NCBI GenBank assembly: GCA_021731565.1
Contig: JAKFXD010000098.1
Location: forward strand, 2,672-66,671
DNA: 64,000 nt
Direction: 5' to 3'
From: Methylocystis sp.
GTDB taxonomy: Bacteria > Pseudomonadota > Alphaproteobacteria > Rhizobiales > Beijerinckiaceae
A program made the translations under genes and the position numbers. The notes beneath the pieces are model-generated. The model had not been told where the DNA came from and ran no database searches. It saw nothing but the letters and a program-made list of their open reading frames with translations. Shown piece by piece: positions 61,908 to 64,000 of the stretch (the first letter of the stretch is position 1; each line of letters starts with the position of its first letter).

Positions 61908-61916
61908 TCGCCTTAT

Positions 61917-61945
61917 GCGGGGGCGGTCGATCTGGCCGTCCCCGT
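61917..61945 (+). other. Stem-loop between the precursor and MNIO genes
   Basis: GCGGGGGCGGTC-GATCT-GGCCGTCCCCGT, a 12-bp stem including GU pairs. Confidence 0.55.
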
Positions 61946-61983
61946 GACCGGCTTCGACATGAGCGGCGGCGCGCAAGGGGGAC

Positions 61984-62835
61984 ATGTCAATGGAAAAGCC
62001 CGCGCCCCTCGGCTACGGCTTAGGACTGAGGCCCGTCTATTACGACGAGATTCTGTCGTCGCGCCCGCCGATCGACTGGTTCGAAATCATCTCCGAAAAT
62101 TACATGCTCGCCGGCGGCAAGCCTCTGGCGATGCTGGATCGGATCCGGGCTGATTATCCAATTGTCATGCATGGCGTTTCGCTGTCGCTCGCCTCGACCG
62201 ATCCGCTCAACTTCGATTATCTGCGGCAATTGAAGGCGCTCGCCGAACGGGTTGAGCCGGCCTGGATTTCCGATCACGTCGCCTGGACCGGCGTTCACGG
62301 CGTCACGCTCCATGATCTATTGCCCATTCCCTATACGCGCGAGTCGCTTGCGCATATCGTCGAGCGCATCCAGCGGGTGCAGGACTTCCTCAAGCGCCGG
62401 CTCGTCGTCGAAAACGCCTCGACTTACGTCTCCTTCGTCGACTCCGAGATGAGCGAACATGAGTTCGTTCGCGAAATGGCGGAGCGCGCGGACTGCCTGC
62501 TGCTGCTCGACGTCAACAATGTTTTCGTTTCGAGCTTCAATCACGGCTTCGATCCGGTCGCCTTCATCGACGGCGTTCCCGCCGAGCGCGTCGTGCAGTT
62601 CCATATGGCGGGCCATACCGACAATGAGACGCATCGCGTCGATACGCACGACCAGCCGGTCTGCGACGAAGTCTGGGCGCTCTATGAGCATGCGCGCCGG
62701 CGCTGCGGCGACGTCTCGGCCATGATCGAGCGCGACGACAATTATCCGCCGTTCTCGGAGCTTCTCGACGAACTGCAGCATATGCGCGATATCGACGCCC
62801 GCCTCTCGAACGAGCGTGCGCGCAGCGCGGCATGA
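61984..62835 (+). CDS. DUF692 multinuclear non-heme iron oxidase (MNIO, BufB-like)
   Basis: GLGLR, WFEIISENY, HGVSLS, SDH, DLLP, VEN, LLLDVNN, HMAGH, DTH and IERD. Confidence 0.95.
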   Translation: MSMEKPAPLGYGLGLRPVYYDEILSSRPPIDWFEIISENYMLAGGKPLAMLDRIRADYPIVMHGVSLSLASTDPLNFDYLRQLKALAERVEPAWISDHVAWTGVHGVTLHDLLPIPYTRESLAHIVERIQRVQDFLKRRLVVENASTYVSFVDSEMSEHEFVREMAERADCLLLLDVNNVFVSSFNHGFDPVAFIDGVPAERVVQFHMAGHTDNETHRVDTHDQPVCDEVWALYEHARRRCGDVSAMIERDDNYPPFSELLDELQHMRDIDARLSNERARSAA

Positions 62836-63671
62836 AGCTCGCCGATTTCCAGTCCCTGTTTCAGGAGAGCGTGCTGACGGGCTCCGGAGAGGCGGATAAG
62901 CCGCTGCTGAAAAAATTGCGCGCGTCGCCGCGCGGGGCGACTCCCGAGACGCTGCTTGGCGTCTATCAGAGCGGCTATCGCCTGCGGCTGGCCGATTTTG
63001 TGTCTCAGGATCACCCGGGGCTGCGCGCGGTCCTCGGCGGCGAGGCGTTTGAGGCGCTCATCGACGATTACATCGATCAGCGCCCGTCGCGCGATCCCAA
63101 CGCGCGCTTTTTCACGAGCGGACTGCCGGATTTCATGCGCGATTGTCCGACCTGGCGCGACGATGCGCGGGCGGTATCGATGGCGCTGTTCGAACGCGCG
63201 ATGGTCGACGCATTCGACGCCGCTGACGAAACGCCCTTGGCGGTGCAGGCGTTGGCGGAATATCCTCCCAACGATTGGCCGCTGCTCGCCTTCGATTTCG
63301 ACCCGAGCCTCACGCTGCTCGAACTTGCCGCCGGCACGATCGCATCCTATGACGCAGCGATCAGCGAGGAGCCGCCGGAAAAAATCGATGCGCCGGCGGC
63401 GAGCGATGACGTCGAATATGTCGCGGTGTGGCGCGTCGATCATGAATCGGCGTATCGCCAGCTCGAGCCAGACGAATATGTCGCGCTTTGCGAAGCCCGC
63501 GCCGGCCACGCCTTTGGCGACATCTGCCAGATGACCGCTTTTCAGCAGTCGGGAGAGATTGCGCCGGAGCGGCTGGCGCAATGTCTGTCGAGCTGGTTTC
63601 AGGACGGCATGATTATCGGCGTGCGCGTTGGCGGCGACGATCAGTCGTCGAACACGCCTTCAAGCGCATAA
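62832..63671 (+). CDS. DUF2063 MNIO partner protein (BufC/HvfC-like)
   Basis: LADFQ..F, LGVYQSGY..RL, PGLRAVLG.EAF, MALFERA..DAF.AAD and VWR. ATGA overlap with the DUF692 stop. Confidence 0.88.
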   Translation: MKLADFQSLFQESVLTGSGEADKPLLKKLRASPRGATPETLLGVYQSGYRLRLADFVSQDHPGLRAVLGGEAFEALIDDYIDQRPSRDPNARFFTSGLPDFMRDCPTWRDDARAVSMALFERAMVDAFDAADETPLAVQALAEYPPNDWPLLAFDFDPSLTLLELAAGTIASYDAAISEEPPEKIDAPAASDDVEYVAVWRVDHESAYRQLEPDEYVALCEARAGHAFGDICQMTAFQQSGEIAPERLAQCLSSWFQDGMIIGVRVGGDDQSSNTPSSA

Positions 63672-64000
63672 TGCTGCACGCTCTTGCGGTTGGCGATGAG
63701 TTCGTCAGCTGTCGGTTCGCCCTTCATCGCGCGTGAGATCGCGAGCTTGGTCGCCTCGTAATTGGTGCGATAGAGATCTTTTCTGTCGAGTTTCTTCTGG
63801 TGCTTGGCGCAGCGCGGATCGAGCCAGACCATGATGATCATGCAGAGTTCGTCGATCTGATCCTTGGGGATGATCCCCTCGGCGACGCAGTCGACGATGG
63901 CGTCTCCGGTCGCCGCCTGCACGATCCCGCCGAGAAGCTCGACGTAATCTTCCGACTTCACCGTCATCTTGGTGGTCATCATCGTGGCGGGGCGCACCTG
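63641..64000 (-). CDS. fae: Formaldehyde-activating enzyme homolog (5' end outside the window)
   Basis: RPATMMTTKMTVK, G.VQAATGDAIVDCVAEGIIPKD and NYEATKLAISRAMKGEP. Resembles a divergent Fae paralog. Confidence 0.85.
   Translation of the reverse strand, partial: QVRPATMMTTKMTVKSEDYVELLGGIVQAATGDAIVDCVAEGIIPKDQIDELCMIIMVWLDPRCAKHQKKLDRKDLYRTNYEATKLAISRAMKGEPTADELIANRKSVQHYALEGVFDD

Noticed and set aside
61674-63671. Methanobactin biosynthetic cluster
   Set aside because: The precursor has a Sec signal rather than an MbnA-type leader, the partner is DUF2063-like rather than MbnC, and there is no TonB receptor or MATE exporter nearby.

Overview
A GC-rich alphaproteobacterial chromosomal segment, most consistent with a type II methanotroph such as Methylocystis. 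Markers for this are a stand-alone pmoC-like gene, a fae homolog, a PPi-type PFK and a methylmalonyl-CoA mutase small subunit. Most of the window is housekeeping: clpX, secA, polA, aroC, hemW, ada, hisZG, ffs-dnaX-ybaB-recR, rpsD, rpsA and a sulfate-assimilation operon. Three loci stand out. (1) A DUF2946-like (CutF/CruR-type) leader ORF ending in the RAPP ribosome-arrest motif lies directly upstream of an orphan PmoC that has lost two of three CuC ligands (D129T, H146N) but keeps all three CuD ligands (N200, H204, H218). This suggests a copper-sensing leader controlling a remodelled pMMO subunit. (2) An MNIO (DUF692/DUF2063) RiPP locus carries an unusual His/Lys-rich, six-Cys secreted precursor. 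(3) An ACP-KS-dehydratase pair-SDR-two glycosyltransferase operon looks like an uncharacterised glycolipid pathway. Also present are a CysN-membrane-domain fusion, a GNAT-like/zincin fusion, two large lower-GC membrane proteins and four palindromic intergenic repeats. I saw no CRISPR array, tRNA, rRNA or transposase. All family calls come from motif recognition by eye, with no database searches.
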